A stretch of 64,000 nt of DNA, taken from the NCBI GenBank assembly GCA_965203805.1, contig OZ241917.1, positions 3,744,001 to 3,808,000 of the forward strand, read 5' to 3'. Numbering within the stretch: position 1 is the stretch's first letter; every line of letters begins with the position of its first letter. Positions 48,624 to 59,123 of the stretch are shown in pieces. The notes under the pieces are model-generated. The model was not told the DNA's origin. It saw only the letters and a list, made by a program, of their open reading frames with translations, and did not search any database. Origin of the DNA: Candidatus Latescibacterota bacterium. GTDB lineage: Bacteria; Latescibacterota; UBA2968; GCA-2709665. The translations under genes were made by a program, and so were the position numbers.

Positions 48624-50591
48624 ATGCCGGAAACGTCCAGGCCTCTCATCGCCCCCCAGACTGAATCCGCGTTGGTTCCCGCCCCCCGCGGCGTCACGCT
48701 CCGGTCCCTTTTTCTGGCCATTCTCGTCTCCGTCGCCGCCTGCCTGTGGGTGAACTACATCGAGTACGTCATCCATGCCTCCCGAATGACCCTCAGCCAC
48801 TTTCCCATGGGTTCGCTGATGGTCTACCTGGCGCTGGCCCTGATTCTCAATCCGCTGTGCAAAAAACTCGCCGCGAGTTATGCGCTCTCGCCCACGGAAC
48901 TCAAGGTTATCCTGGCCGGCGGTCTGGTTGGCGGCGCCATCCCTTCGGTTGGGCTGACGGGCTATTTTCTGGGCGCGATCGCCGCGCCGTACTATTTCGC
49001 AACACCGGTGAACCAGTGGGGCGAGTTCTTCCACCCCTACATTCCCCAATGGCTGGCGCCGCGCAATGTCAATCACGCGCTGGACCACCTGTTTGAAGGC
49101 GGTCCGCCCGGCATGGACATTCCCTGGGACGTCTGGTACATCCCCCTTGCCGCGTGGATGGCGTTGATTACGGCCCTCTTCGTGGCCTCGACAAGCCTGT
49201 CGGTCATTCTTCGGAAACAATGGGTGGAAAGCGAACGGCTGAGTTACCCGATCCTGCGCCCGGTTCTGGATCTCACCGACCCGGTGAAGCCCGGTTTTTC
49301 AAGGCGTTTCTGGATCGGTTTCGCCGTTGCCCTGGGAATTATCAGCTGGAACATGATCCACTACTTTGTACCCGGATTTCCGCAGATTCCCAATATCCGC
49401 TGGGGTCCCTGGGTGCATTTCGAACGATACTTTCCCGGTATCTGGACCCGCGTCAATATGTTCACCATCTCCTTCGCCTACTTCGCCAACATCGACGTTC
49501 TCTTCAGCCTGTGGTTCTTCTGTGTCCTCTTCATCCTTCGAAGCGGCGTCCTCAACCGATACGGATTTAACGCCAGCAGCACCTATACGACAACGGGCGA
49601 ATTTGCCTGGCTTCAACTCGGCGGATTCGTCACGCTGGTCGGCTGGGGATTGTGGATCGCGCGACACCATCTGAGATCGGTGATGAGGATCGCCATCGGC
49701 CGAAGCGCGCCCCTGGACGATGCTGACGAAATGATGAGATACCGCACGGCCGTGCTCGGTTTTATCCTGAGCACCCTTTTCGCCATATTCTGGTTCTGGC
49801 GCGCCGGTATGGGGTTCGGGGTTGCTTGCCTGTCCGTTCTGGCGACTCTGATCATTTTCCTTGGCGTCTCCCGAATCGTGGCCGAAGTCGGCCTGGTGTT
49901 TGTCTGCACGCCGATCGGCCAGCAGGAAATCGTCACCCGGCTGATCGGGCCGAGGAATCTCTCCGGACCCAGCCTTACCGTGCTCGCCTTTTCGAATGCT
50001 CTCACCTCGTTCGGGAAGGGCCTGTTCATGCCCTCCGTCGTCCACGCCACGAAAATCGCCGACCTCTGTCCTCGCGAAGACCGCCCCCGGGTCCTGACCG
50101 CAATCTTCCTGGCGTTTGCCGCGGGCGTGGCTGCGTCCATCGCCTACACCTTGTACCTGGGATACACGCACGGGGCCTACAATTTCAACGATTTTCCTTT
50201 CACTCGATACAGCCGGAGCGGCTTCGCGAATGCGCTTTCGAAAATGAAGGATCCGGCGGTCGAGACCAATATCCGCCCGATCCTTCTGGGCATCGGCGCC
50301 GCGGTCATGTCCGCCCTGACCTTCCTCAAATACCGCTTTCCCTGGTGGCCGCTGCACCCGGTGGGCTTTGCCATTGCCGGCATCTCATACGTCCATTTTT
50401 CCACTTTTTCCGTGTTCATCGCGTGGTGCATCAAATTCATCATCCTTCGCATCGGCGCCGCCGCCCTGTATCGACGTTATATCCCGTTTTTTCTGGGGGT
50501 CCTGACGGGCTATACCGCCGGCGTGGGGCTCTCCCTCGTCGTGGACATCATCTGGTTCCCCGGCGCGGGCCATTCAATACACGGGTACTAA
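48624..50591 (+). CDS. polytopic membrane protein (DUF6785/DUF6784-type putative transporter)
   Basis: Many TM segments, RKQWVESERLSYP, RIVAEVG, WWPLHPVG. Confidence 0.75.
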   Translation: MPETSRPLIAPQTESALVPAPRGVTLRSLFLAILVSVAACLWVNYIEYVIHASRMTLSHFPMGSLMVYLALALILNPLCKKLAASYALSPTELKVILAGGLVGGAIPSVGLTGYFLGAIAAPYYFATPVNQWGEFFHPYIPQWLAPRNVNHALDHLFEGGPPGMDIPWDVWYIPLAAWMALITALFVASTSLSVILRKQWVESERLSYPILRPVLDLTDPVKPGFSRRFWIGFAVALGIISWNMIHYFVPGFPQIPNIRWGPWVHFERYFPGIWTRVNMFTISFAYFANIDVLFSLWFFCVLFILRSGVLNRYGFNASSTYTTTGEFAWLQLGGFVTLVGWGLWIARHHLRSVMRIAIGRSAPLDDADEMMRYRTAVLGFILSTLFAIFWFWRAGMGFGVACLSVLATLIIFLGVSRIVAEVGLVFVCTPIGQQEIVTRLIGPRNLSGPSLTVLAFSNALTSFGKGLFMPSVVHATKIADLCPREDRPRVLTAIFLAFAAGVAASIAYTLYLGYTHGAYNFNDFPFTRYSRSGFANALSKMKDPAVETNIRPILLGIGAAVMSALTFLKYRFPWWPLHPVGFAIAGISYVHFSTFSVFIAWCIKFIILRIGAAALYRRYIPFFLGVLTGYTAGVGLSLVVDIIWFPGAGHSIHGY

Positions 50592-50622
50592 GGTATCGAG
50601 CGGGAATCCGGGAGATGCCGTT

Positions 50623-51861
50623 ATGGTTGACATCCATCAGACGTTCAACTGGCACGATATCCATGGGAACCAGGACTATGTCGTCGGAGAAGACGGCTAC
50701 CTGAAAATGGACGCATCCAGGACGCCGGTCCAATGTCACCGTCAACTCAAAGAGAAGATCACCAACAGGTCCGGCTCCCTTGAACTGGCCATGAGAGTTG
50801 TGCTGGACGAGCCGGAATACCACACCCTTTACACGCTGCGCCTTTACGACAGTGCGGGCCGCCCGGCCATCGTCTGTCACATCCGGAGGGACGGCCGGCT
50901 GCTGTTCCAGGGCAGGAACGAACTGATGGATTCCGGCAGGGTACTCACGTTCCAGGGCAACTGTCCTTTCAACGATCGCACCAGGCGCAAATGGTACGTC
51001 GTCGAATCCGATGAACACACGTACACCTTCGAAGCGTTCGACTTTGCAAACCAGACCGCCGTGTTTCTTCTGGACGGCCGACAACCCGTCACCGTACCGT
51101 TCCGGAACCCTGTCCGGGATATCGCAAAACTGGAACTCCGGACCGGCGGTGTCGGAATCGGCCGGTATATCCGCGTGAAACATATGAAGCAGTTCGTCGG
51201 CGGCGAACAGATCGATCGGGAAGACCACCCGCTCTGCTGGAAACCGGTCCCGCCGCCCCGCGACGGGGAACCGGACGACAACGTCTGTGAAAGCAGGCTC
51301 AGACCCGTTGAAAACCGATGGCTTGAGGTCATCACCCGGTACGGATTCGTAACAACGACCTTTCCGGTGATCCCGAAGGGAACGCTGGAATTCGACGTCA
51401 AATCCCCGGACGTATCGGCGGAAGCCTGCATCCTGCTGGGCGAATGCGACGGCTCCATCAAGTGTTTTCGCAAGATTCAGACGGGCATCCTGACAAACCG
51501 AATGACCATTGCCACCGGTCATCCCGAGCCGGGTTTCAATACGTTCGACAACTCCGTCGCTCCCGAAAACGACCGGGCGTACCGGTTCAGGATCGCATGG
51601 GATGCGGAGACCAACAAGCAGCGGATCTGGATCGACGACGTTCCACAGATATACCTCGGCGAAACGGAGATCGAAATCCACGGCCTATGGGGCAGGGACA
51701 ACCGGATGACGCGGGGAATCGACACCATCTCCCTGCATCCCGGCCTGCTCGGGACCGCGCGTCTCACGTCCATCCAGAAAGCAGAAGGCCGGACGCTCGA
51801 AAACCCGCCGGAGCCCCTTCGCACCTGGTGGGGCAGTTTCAGGCTGCGAGCCCTGGTATAA
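50623..51861 (+). CDS. hypothetical protein with two ConA-like beta-sandwich halves
   Basis: Repeated G(S/T)LE pattern and YRFRIAWD...IWID; position within the operon. Confidence 0.55.
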   Translation: MVDIHQTFNWHDIHGNQDYVVGEDGYLKMDASRTPVQCHRQLKEKITNRSGSLELAMRVVLDEPEYHTLYTLRLYDSAGRPAIVCHIRRDGRLLFQGRNELMDSGRVLTFQGNCPFNDRTRRKWYVVESDEHTYTFEAFDFANQTAVFLLDGRQPVTVPFRNPVRDIAKLELRTGGVGIGRYIRVKHMKQFVGGEQIDREDHPLCWKPVPPPRDGEPDDNVCESRLRPVENRWLEVITRYGFVTTTFPVIPKGTLEFDVKSPDVSAEACILLGECDGSIKCFRKIQTGILTNRMTIATGHPEPGFNTFDNSVAPENDRAYRFRIAWDAETNKQRIWIDDVPQIYLGETEIEIHGLWGRDNRMTRGIDTISLHPGLLGTARLTSIQKAEGRTLENPPEPLRTWWGSFRLRALV

Positions 51862-51909
51862 CCATTGTGAGTCGAAGCAAGCCGACGCGCCGAATCGCGA
51901 AAGGTAGAT

Positions 51910-54258
51910 ATGCAAACCCATCGAACGCCATGCACGATGTACAAGCCCGTCGACCTCGCGCGCGCCAGGGAGAACATCAAACGCCACGCGTGGGCGAAGG
52001 AACGCTACCGTCAGATCAAATCGCAGGCCGGATATTATCTGATGATGGACCGGGATCGAATGCGGGCTTTCATCAGCGACCGGACGCCGCTGGTCACCGT
52101 CGTCTGCCCCAACTGCGGATGCGGACCCTGGTACGCGTACAGCCTGATCAACGACGGGGATATCCTTCAATGTACGGACTGCAGGACCGCGTGGGACTGG
52201 GACCCGGACGACGCCTCCGAAACTTGGAATATCCAGGCGGTGATCCGCACCTACCGCCTGAAATACATCCTTGGCGGTCTGGAAAGCGCCGGCATCGTGT
52301 ACGGTGTCGAAGGCGACGTGCGATACGCCGAAAAAGCCGCCATTCTGGTCGAACGTTTCGCGGAAGTCTTTGAGGACTACCGGCTGAACCAGGTGAACAG
52401 GAACGTCTGGCACGATCAGAATGACCCCTATTACGGGAAAATCGACGGTTGGAAACAGCGGGATGCCTGGTGCGTCCGAAACGTGCTGCTGGCGTATGAT
52501 CTGATCCGGGACTCGGGTGTCCTTAAGGGCGATCAGCGCCGGTCCATCGACGCCTTTGTCGAATACGTTCGAGACTATTTCGTCGAGTCGTTCAACAATC
52601 CGGGGGACTCGACCCTGAGCGGATACACCTGGTCCGATGACCTTTCACCCTACCTCTCCCACTACTCCATTCAGGACCACGGAGGCGCGTGGTGGTGCAT
52701 CGCGGCTTCCGCCGCGCTGACGGGCGACAGGGAAATCCTGCAATCCGTCGTCACGTTATACGAAGACATGCTCAAGCCTGAAGCCGGCGTGTTCTTCCCG
52801 GACGGCGCGTTTTACGAATGCACGGCCGACTACACCCTGGGACTGCTCCAGACGACCATCGGCATCCCCGAAATCATCCGCGGAAACCTGGACGCCGACG
52901 TGTATGCCAATCCCCGATGCGACCTTCTGGAAAAGTGTTACACCTGGTTCCTGGATGCCGCCTTTCCGAACGACACCAACCCCGCGATCAACGATTCGCA
53001 CGTTGGCAGTCCGCTGCGTCCTTTCTGTTCGGAAATCGCCTTTATCGTCTATAACAACCGAAAGGCGCTGCGCCATCTCAAGACCCTCTGGGGTCCCGGC
53101 CTGAACGGCGGTACCGAATACTCACTCTTCTACAGAGATCCGGATGCCGCGGTCGAAGGCGACGGCGAACCCTACGCCGAGGAAAGCGTCCACCTGCCCG
53201 ATATCGGACTCATGATTTTTCGTCATGGCGAAGACAAACCGTCGCGGACCATGGCCTTCATCGATTACGGCCCGTATATACCCGCCGCCCACAAGCAGAA
53301 AGACTATCTCAATTTCGTCCTGTGGTCCCACGGACAGGAACTCGTCACGGAAATGGGATACAACTGGAATCCGGAATGGGCGCGCCTGTGGGAACGCGGT
53401 CCGCTGTCGCACAATACCGTCCTGGAATGCGCGGAACAGGGCGAGGGAGGAAAACCGCTCCTCTGGTGCGTTACTCCCGGCCCGAAACTGGCCGAAGCGG
53501 GCCTGCCGCCGGGCAATGCGCGCCTGATCGCACTGCTGCCGCGAAGTTCGGGTGATCCCCTTATCGTCGACATCTTCCGCGTCTCCGGAGACAGCAGTTC
53601 GTACACGTGGATGCTGCACGCCCGGTCGGGAGACCTGGAGGTCGCGGGCCTGGACGACCTCTCGCCGGCAGACGTCCCCGAACCCCTGCGTTCCGGCCGT
53701 ACGGCCCGCGCGATCGACGACGTTACGGCCACGTGGACCATGGATCGCGCCGGCCTGCGGACGACTGTCCCGAATATCTGCGACACGACGGTGACGATGT
53801 CCGAGTGTCCTCCCGAAGAGGACGTTATTGAGGACCTCCATGCCGAGGGCGGCACGTTGAGACCCGGCGCCGTGCTGCCGTATCGCGGCCACCTCCAGGT
53901 CTCCCGTCCCGGTCCGGACGCCGTATTCGCCGCCGTACACGCGCCATTCCGGGACAGCCCACCCGCCGCAGATATCGCATGCCGCATCCTGCCGGACGAC
54001 ACGCTTGCGCTCGGAATTACCACGGGACAGGAACACCTCCTCCTCGTGCATACCCTCGCACAGGGAGCGGTGCACGCGGACGGACTTACCCTGAACGGGC
54101 GCGCCGCTGTCGCCACGATGAAAGACGGCGTGCTCAAATCGCTATGTCTCGCTGCGGGCACGTATCTGGCTTACGACGAATCCGAACTCCACCTCGACAG
54201 GACCGGCAACGCCTACGCGATACGTTCCGGAGACACGTTCAAAAGGGTGGAGCTATAG
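51910..54258 (+). CDS. heparinase II/III-like polysaccharide lyase
   Basis: Helical N-terminus, DGAFYE, PAINDS, H..KD.LNF...G.ELVTEMGY, SHNTV; also a CxxC...CxxC insert. Confidence 0.78.
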   Translation: MQTHRTPCTMYKPVDLARARENIKRHAWAKERYRQIKSQAGYYLMMDRDRMRAFISDRTPLVTVVCPNCGCGPWYAYSLINDGDILQCTDCRTAWDWDPDDASETWNIQAVIRTYRLKYILGGLESAGIVYGVEGDVRYAEKAAILVERFAEVFEDYRLNQVNRNVWHDQNDPYYGKIDGWKQRDAWCVRNVLLAYDLIRDSGVLKGDQRRSIDAFVEYVRDYFVESFNNPGDSTLSGYTWSDDLSPYLSHYSIQDHGGAWWCIAASAALTGDREILQSVVTLYEDMLKPEAGVFFPDGAFYECTADYTLGLLQTTIGIPEIIRGNLDADVYANPRCDLLEKCYTWFLDAAFPNDTNPAINDSHVGSPLRPFCSEIAFIVYNNRKALRHLKTLWGPGLNGGTEYSLFYRDPDAAVEGDGEPYAEESVHLPDIGLMIFRHGEDKPSRTMAFIDYGPYIPAAHKQKDYLNFVLWSHGQELVTEMGYNWNPEWARLWERGPLSHNTVLECAEQGEGGKPLLWCVTPGPKLAEAGLPPGNARLIALLPRSSGDPLIVDIFRVSGDSSSYTWMLHARSGDLEVAGLDDLSPADVPEPLRSGRTARAIDDVTATWTMDRAGLRTTVPNICDTTVTMSECPPEEDVIEDLHAEGGTLRPGAVLPYRGHLQVSRPGPDAVFAAVHAPFRDSPPAADIACRILPDDTLALGITTGQEHLLLVHTLAQGAVHADGLTLNGRAAVATMKDGVLKSLCLAAGTYLAYDESELHLDRTGNAYAIRSGDTFKRVEL

Positions 54259-54320
54259 GATTCAGTCCCTTATATTGCGCCGTTCAGAACCGCAATCCTA
54301 CCTCTAAACGGGAGATTTGC

Positions 54321-55265
54321 ATGCCGTCCAACTTTCTCGACCGGGTCACCGAGGGCCACGTGCTTTGCGATGGCGGTTACTATCTCGAATTCGAACGACG
54401 TTGCCTCGGCAGCTACGCGTCCAGAATACCCATGGGGGTACTCGACTATCCGGAAGGCGTCCTCGAACTCCACAAGGAATTCGCGCGGGCCGGCGCCGAG
54501 GTCCTCCAGGCCATGGTCTGGGGGGTGCGGCCGATGGATCGCGAAGAGGAACTCCACAGGACGGCCGTGGAACTCGCGCGGGAAGCGGCCGGACCGGACC
54601 GGTTTGTGGCCGGTACCCTCAGCCCCTTCGTTTATTCGGGCCGCTCCAAATGGGATCCCATGTCAGAGGAAGACAAGACCGGCGCCAGGGAATTCTTCGA
54701 ACGCCGCGTTACCCAGCAGACCGCGGCCGGCGTGGACCTCTTCATCATCGAGACCTTCTATTCCGTGGATGAAGTCAGCCTGGCCATTCCCTTTGTCAAA
54801 CAGGCGGGGATCCCGGCTGTAGTGACAATGACCTATCGCGACGGGGAATTCACCCGGGAAGGCTATCGCCCCGGCGAAGCCGCCAAACGACTCGTGGACG
54901 CAGGGGCCGACGTGGTCGGCATCAATTGCATGCGCCCGTGGTCAACCATGCGGCCCCTGATGTACGAGGTCGGGGAAGCCGTTTCCGTGCCCCTGTGCGC
55001 GCAGCCCACGGGATACGAACTCGAACCCGGCGAGACCTTCAACCGTCCGCTGAGCGTCGCCAACCTCTGGACGCAGGTCGAGCCACGCGTTGTCACGCGC
55101 TTTTCCATGGCGGAGTATACCGCCGAAGCGACACGTATGGGAATCGGCCTGATCGGCTCCTGCTGCGGCGCCCTGCCGTACCACGTCCGGGCCATGGCAG
55201 AGGCGCTCGGCAAACCCACCGACCTGCCCGACGTCGACCGCGGATACCACGGTCTGGCGGGGTGA
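54321..55265 (+). CDS. homocysteine S-methyltransferase family protein (BHMT-like)
   Basis: CDGG, HKEFARAGA, IET, GINC and GSCCG zinc ligands. ATG 54321 follows GGAG. Confidence 0.88.
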   Translation: MPSNFLDRVTEGHVLCDGGYYLEFERRCLGSYASRIPMGVLDYPEGVLELHKEFARAGAEVLQAMVWGVRPMDREEELHRTAVELAREAAGPDRFVAGTLSPFVYSGRSKWDPMSEEDKTGAREFFERRVTQQTAAGVDLFIIETFYSVDEVSLAIPFVKQAGIPAVVTMTYRDGEFTREGYRPGEAAKRLVDAGADVVGINCMRPWSTMRPLMYEVGEAVSVPLCAQPTGYELEPGETFNRPLSVANLWTQVEPRVVTRFSMAEYTAEATRMGIGLIGSCCGALPYHVRAMAEALGKPTDLPDVDRGYHGLAG

Positions 55266-55426
55266 GAAGCGACCATGGAATCGTGAGGGTCCGTGCTGAG
55301 GTCTATCCCGCGTCCGTGGACAGAAGGATTCAGGGGGGTGACATCCGTTCCGCCAACAGGTCGTAAGTCGGGCGGGTAGTCGCCTCATCCCGCCGCCCAC
55401 GCTGCGCCAACGGGAGGAAACCACTC

Positions 55427-57094
55427 ATGTTGAATGAAATCACCGCCTGTCTCCAAAAGGGGTTCGAACTCGGCGTCCGGTGGACGGATGAGAGCGGCGT
55501 CCTGAACGACCCATACGAAAGCAACCGGCCGGAGAACTTCGCGCCTGCCTGCTGGGCCGTCATCGGCGCGTCCCTGTACCGGCTGACCGGCGAGGACGTT
55601 TATCTGGAGTGGACCGACCGGTGGATGCAGCGCACCGCCGGGATTATGGAAGGCGCCCGGAATTCGCCGGGTTTCAGAGAATACGTGATGGGGTACGGCG
55701 TGATGGTCTTCCCCATTCTTTCCGACGTCGTGGAAAGGGATGTCCTGGAAGGCTGGGAAGCCGCCTTTGCAGCGTCCTATACGGACGACGCCGGATTGTC
55801 CGACTGCCACGTCTCGGCCGCGTCGCTGCTGTGCGACCTGTTCCTGGACAGCGGGCGGGAGAAGATTGCCCGGGAGCGATCCGGAGAATTCATTGCGGCG
55901 TTCAACAGGCGAGTCACATCCGGGGGTTTCCTGCGCGACGACGACGTGAACGGGAATTCTGTTGCGCACGTCTATCTGACCGGCACCTTCCTGGCCGCCA
56001 CCCTTCTCAAGAACAAATCAGACGTCGCGTTCGGGTCAGAGGTCGAACGACTCCTGGAGACGATCTGCGGCTGGTTCAAACGGGCGAACGGGCGTTTCCA
56101 TCTCCCGTTCCTGGCCAGCAGGAGCATCTACCAGATGTACGTGTATCCCATGGTCGCGCTTCTCTCGTACATCGGAGAGGGTGGAAAGGCCGGAGACAGA
56201 GTCCTCGCGCTGCTCGAATTCTGTCAGTCATTCAATCCCGAAAACGACGTTTTCTCCCATACGCCCAACCACCTGTCGCCCTTCGCCCTCGCGGGCCTGG
56301 AGTGGACTTATAATCGTCTGAACACGGACCTCGGCGCGGGTCTTGTCGCCTGGGCGCTGCTCGCGCTCCTGATCGAAAAGGAATGGCCGGGGTTCGACAC
56401 GGTCGCCGCCGCCCCCGTGCAGGACGTTGTCGATCCGGAAGCCGGGTACGCGATCCTGCACGGCGAGAAGTCCCGCGTGGCCTTCGCGCTTTGCAATCAC
56501 GACTGGGGCTATCACCTGCCGCTCCAGCCGGTTTCACTCAAACTCGGCAATACCCCGATGATCGAACCCGTAGCCGATGCCAAACGCGACGGTGTCAAAC
56601 ACGCCTTTCACGAACAGATCCTGGAACCGCGCACGGCCGATCCGCTGCTTGAGCCGTACTTCGGCATTCTCGTTCAAGAGGCAGACGGCGCTTTTCGCAT
56701 CATGGAAGGCAGCGCGGAGGTCGTCGCAGCCGATGAATACAGGTTGACCGGGCCGGTATCGCTGAACCTGAAACTCGATCTGAAGAACGAACTCATTCGG
56801 CTGACGTATCGCGTCACGGAAATCAAGAACGACGATCAGCCCATTTTCTCCATCCCGGTCCTGCTGTGGGACGGGAAGGAGGAACTGACGTACGGAATTG
56901 ACAACGGCACCCTGGTTCTGGGCTGGAAAAGCGCGGCCTACCGGGTATCGATCACCGGCAACAGCGGTCCGTGGGACCTTGACATGGCGCGTTATCTGCA
57001 CGCCGGATGCGGTCTGACCGCGAATATGACCGTTCCACTGGCGCACAACGCCGCCAAACTGGATTCGGCTGTCACGATTGAACGGACGGCGTGA
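55427..57094 (+). CDS. hypothetical protein (predicted helical toroid plus beta domain, possible glycan-active enzyme)
   Basis: GGAGG SD, host codon usage, operon context. No diagnostic motif recognised. Confidence 0.6.
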   Translation: MLNEITACLQKGFELGVRWTDESGVLNDPYESNRPENFAPACWAVIGASLYRLTGEDVYLEWTDRWMQRTAGIMEGARNSPGFREYVMGYGVMVFPILSDVVERDVLEGWEAAFAASYTDDAGLSDCHVSAASLLCDLFLDSGREKIARERSGEFIAAFNRRVTSGGFLRDDDVNGNSVAHVYLTGTFLAATLLKNKSDVAFGSEVERLLETICGWFKRANGRFHLPFLASRSIYQMYVYPMVALLSYIGEGGKAGDRVLALLEFCQSFNPENDVFSHTPNHLSPFALAGLEWTYNRLNTDLGAGLVAWALLALLIEKEWPGFDTVAAAPVQDVVDPEAGYAILHGEKSRVAFALCNHDWGYHLPLQPVSLKLGNTPMIEPVADAKRDGVKHAFHEQILEPRTADPLLEPYFGILVQEADGAFRIMEGSAEVVAADEYRLTGPVSLNLKLDLKNELIRLTYRVTEIKNDDQPIFSIPVLLWDGKEELTYGIDNGTLVLGWKSAAYRVSITGNSGPWDLDMARYLHAGCGLTANMTVPLAHNAAKLDSAVTIERTA

Positions 57095-57119
57095 GGATCT
57101 CACTTCTGAGGGGCCGGTC

Positions 57120-58103
57120 ATGAACCTCGGATTCGTCGGTCTGGGCAACTATTCCAGAAACCACCTGCGGGCCGTCCAGGAGAATCCGGACCTGGTCCTG
57201 GCATCCGTCTATGATATTGTACGCGAACGCGCTGACGAAGCAGCCCGGGCGTTCGGTGCAAAACGGGCGTCAAGTATCGAAGATCTGGCCGGCGACCCGG
57301 ACGTTGAGGCGGTAGTGATCACAACGCCCAACAACCGCCACTTTGACGACTTCAATGTCTGCGCGGCCCACGGCAAACATGTTTTTGTCAACGTGCCCGT
57401 CACGACAAGCCGCGCCGAGGCCGCGGATATGATGCGGCTCGCCAACGAAAAAGACCTCACCTATATGGCCGGCCACAACCTCCGCAAGAATCCGGCCGTC
57501 TCCCACCTGAAGAAGCGTCTGGACGCCGGCGACGTGGGCATCCTGCACTCGGTCGAAGCCTCTGTCGGAGGCGCCACCGCCTATGAACTCACGCCGGACA
57601 ACTGGCGGTACCAACTGAAAAATGCGCCGCTTCTTCCTTTTGCGCAGATGGCCGTCGTCTTCATCGACCTTGTCCTGGATATCATGGGCGCGCCAGAGAA
57701 AATCTCCGCCTTCATGTCCAAGAGAGACGGGGCCGGGGAATCCCCGGATCTGGGCGCGGTTATCGGCCGCTACGCCGATGGACGGCTTTCCTATATCGGC
57801 GCGTCTTACGTCTCTCTTCTGGGCTACGAAATCACCTTTGCGGGCAGCGACGCCAGAATCACGTGGGACAGCCACGACGAAAACGCCGTCACCCTGATCG
57901 GTACCGAGACTCGCCAGCGCGAATCCTTCGACCGGGTCGACGAACAGTACGAGGAGCTCGCCGAATTCGCGCGCTGCGTGGAAACCGGCGCCGCACCCTC
58001 GGCAAATGGCGTGGATGCCTTCAATGTTGCCGCCTACTTCGAGGCGATCGAAGAATCCATCAACACGGAGCGGTCAGTCCGCTTCAGGTCTCTCCATGAA
58101 TAG
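57120..58103 (+). CDS. Gfo/Idh/MocA family oxidoreductase
   Basis: GFVGLG, ITTPNNRH, GKHVF.NVP, GHNLR. Confidence 0.88.
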   Translation: MNLGFVGLGNYSRNHLRAVQENPDLVLASVYDIVRERADEAARAFGAKRASSIEDLAGDPDVEAVVITTPNNRHFDDFNVCAAHGKHVFVNVPVTTSRAEAADMMRLANEKDLTYMAGHNLRKNPAVSHLKKRLDAGDVGILHSVEASVGGATAYELTPDNWRYQLKNAPLLPFAQMAVVFIDLVLDIMGAPEKISAFMSKRDGAGESPDLGAVIGRYADGRLSYIGASYVSLLGYEITFAGSDARITWDSHDENAVTLIGTETRQRESFDRVDEQYEELAEFARCVETGAAPSANGVDAFNVAAYFEAIEESINTERSVRFRSLHE

Positions 58104-58134
58104 AAAAAAGCCTTGGAGATCGTGTCTCCAGGGC
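58104..58134. terminator. hairpin terminator between convergent genes
   Basis: A-run followed by GCCTTGGAGA-N5-TCTCCAGGGC. Confidence 0.6.
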
Positions 58135-58231
58135 ATTGACCGGAATCCAATCTGACCGGACTCAGATCACATCGATTTGTCCAACCGACCTGAATCGAGT
58201 TAAACAGTATGCCAAGAATAATGGGATGATC

Positions 58232-58759
58232 CTAAGCCTCAAGTTCTTTAATTTCGTGAATAATGCCTCGATATAAAGCCTGTTTCGCCGAAATAGGCAC
58301 TATGTTTTGTGCAGTTGTGAATTCTTGTGCCTCAGATAAAGAAATATCAGTATGTTTAATGAGACAATCCAGGACACGTCGATTACATTCCTTTACACCA
58401 TTGAGGCGATGTTCAAGCCAAAACTGATCAAGCCGCTCATCTTGTGGTGTTAAGTAATAAATGGAGTGAATGCCAAAATCGGCTTCGGGCGTGGCAAATC
58501 GTGTTTTACCACCCAAAAATGGTAAAATGCCGGTAGAATAAATCCGATGTGAGTTATGAGTAATCGTCTGTATAGATTGCCCAATCAAGAAATGATAAAG
58601 AAAAATAGCAGATTCAAATTGTCCACCATCGGTGGAGATTTCTACATACAGTGTGGAAGGTTGCTGTTTTGTTATTTGTGGTCTCACTTTATCGATGAAA
58701 TCACCTACTGTGTCCCGACTAATGATATCTTTAAATTCACATCTTAAAATTGAATCCAT
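58232..58759 (-). CDS. ClpP-like serine protease (small, AT-rich gene)
   Basis: ISTDGG, THN...IYSTG (Ser), RFATP.A.FGIH (His), SA.QAL..GII. ATG at 58759. Confidence 0.78.
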   Translation of the reverse strand: MDSILRCEFKDIISRDTVGDFIDKVRPQITKQQPSTLYVEISTDGGQFESAIFLYHFLIGQSIQTITHNSHRIYSTGILPFLGGKTRFATPEADFGIHSIYYLTPQDERLDQFWLEHRLNGVKECNRRVLDCLIKHTDISLSEAQEFTTAQNIVPISAKQALYRGIIHEIKELEA

Positions 58760-58811
58760 TAATTCGTTCCGCCTGGAAAGGAAGCGGTCTGACGCAATAC
58801 TGGGGAGTAAA

Positions 58812-59036
58812 CTAACCGAAGGGAGAAGGGGGCACATTCTCGTAATCTATTCGTTTGGCTAATTGACCATCTGTACAATGAATGTGCAGTTCCGTGCCTA
58901 AACCGCTTGCTAATTCCTTTCCGTGCGAAATCGCATAGGCTTGTGTAGGGTGAACACCGAGTGGGTTATCCATGCCCGCTAGCTTAACTTCCCATTTGCC
59001 ACCCTTTGGTGTGACATGGATATTATTTCTTGCCAC
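58812..59036 (-). CDS. DUF2188-family small protein
   Basis: HVTP..G.WEVK..G...TQ..AI..GKELA...ELHIH..DG; AGGAGG SD. Confidence 0.82.
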   Translation of the reverse strand: MARNNIHVTPKGGKWEVKLAGMDNPLGVHPTQAYAISHGKELASGLGTELHIHCTDGQLAKRIDYENVPPSPFG

Positions 59037-59095
59037 CAAATGCACCTCCTGTGGACGGTACTTCAGGGACTGCCTTATCGCGTCAGACCTGCCGT

Positions 59096-59123
59096 AATAT
59101 ACTCACGGGAGGGCTTTCGTCAA
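59096..59123 (-). promoter_or_regulatory. putative sigma70 promoter for DUF2188-ClpP
   Basis: TTGACG-N16-TATATT on the minus strand. Confidence 0.45.
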
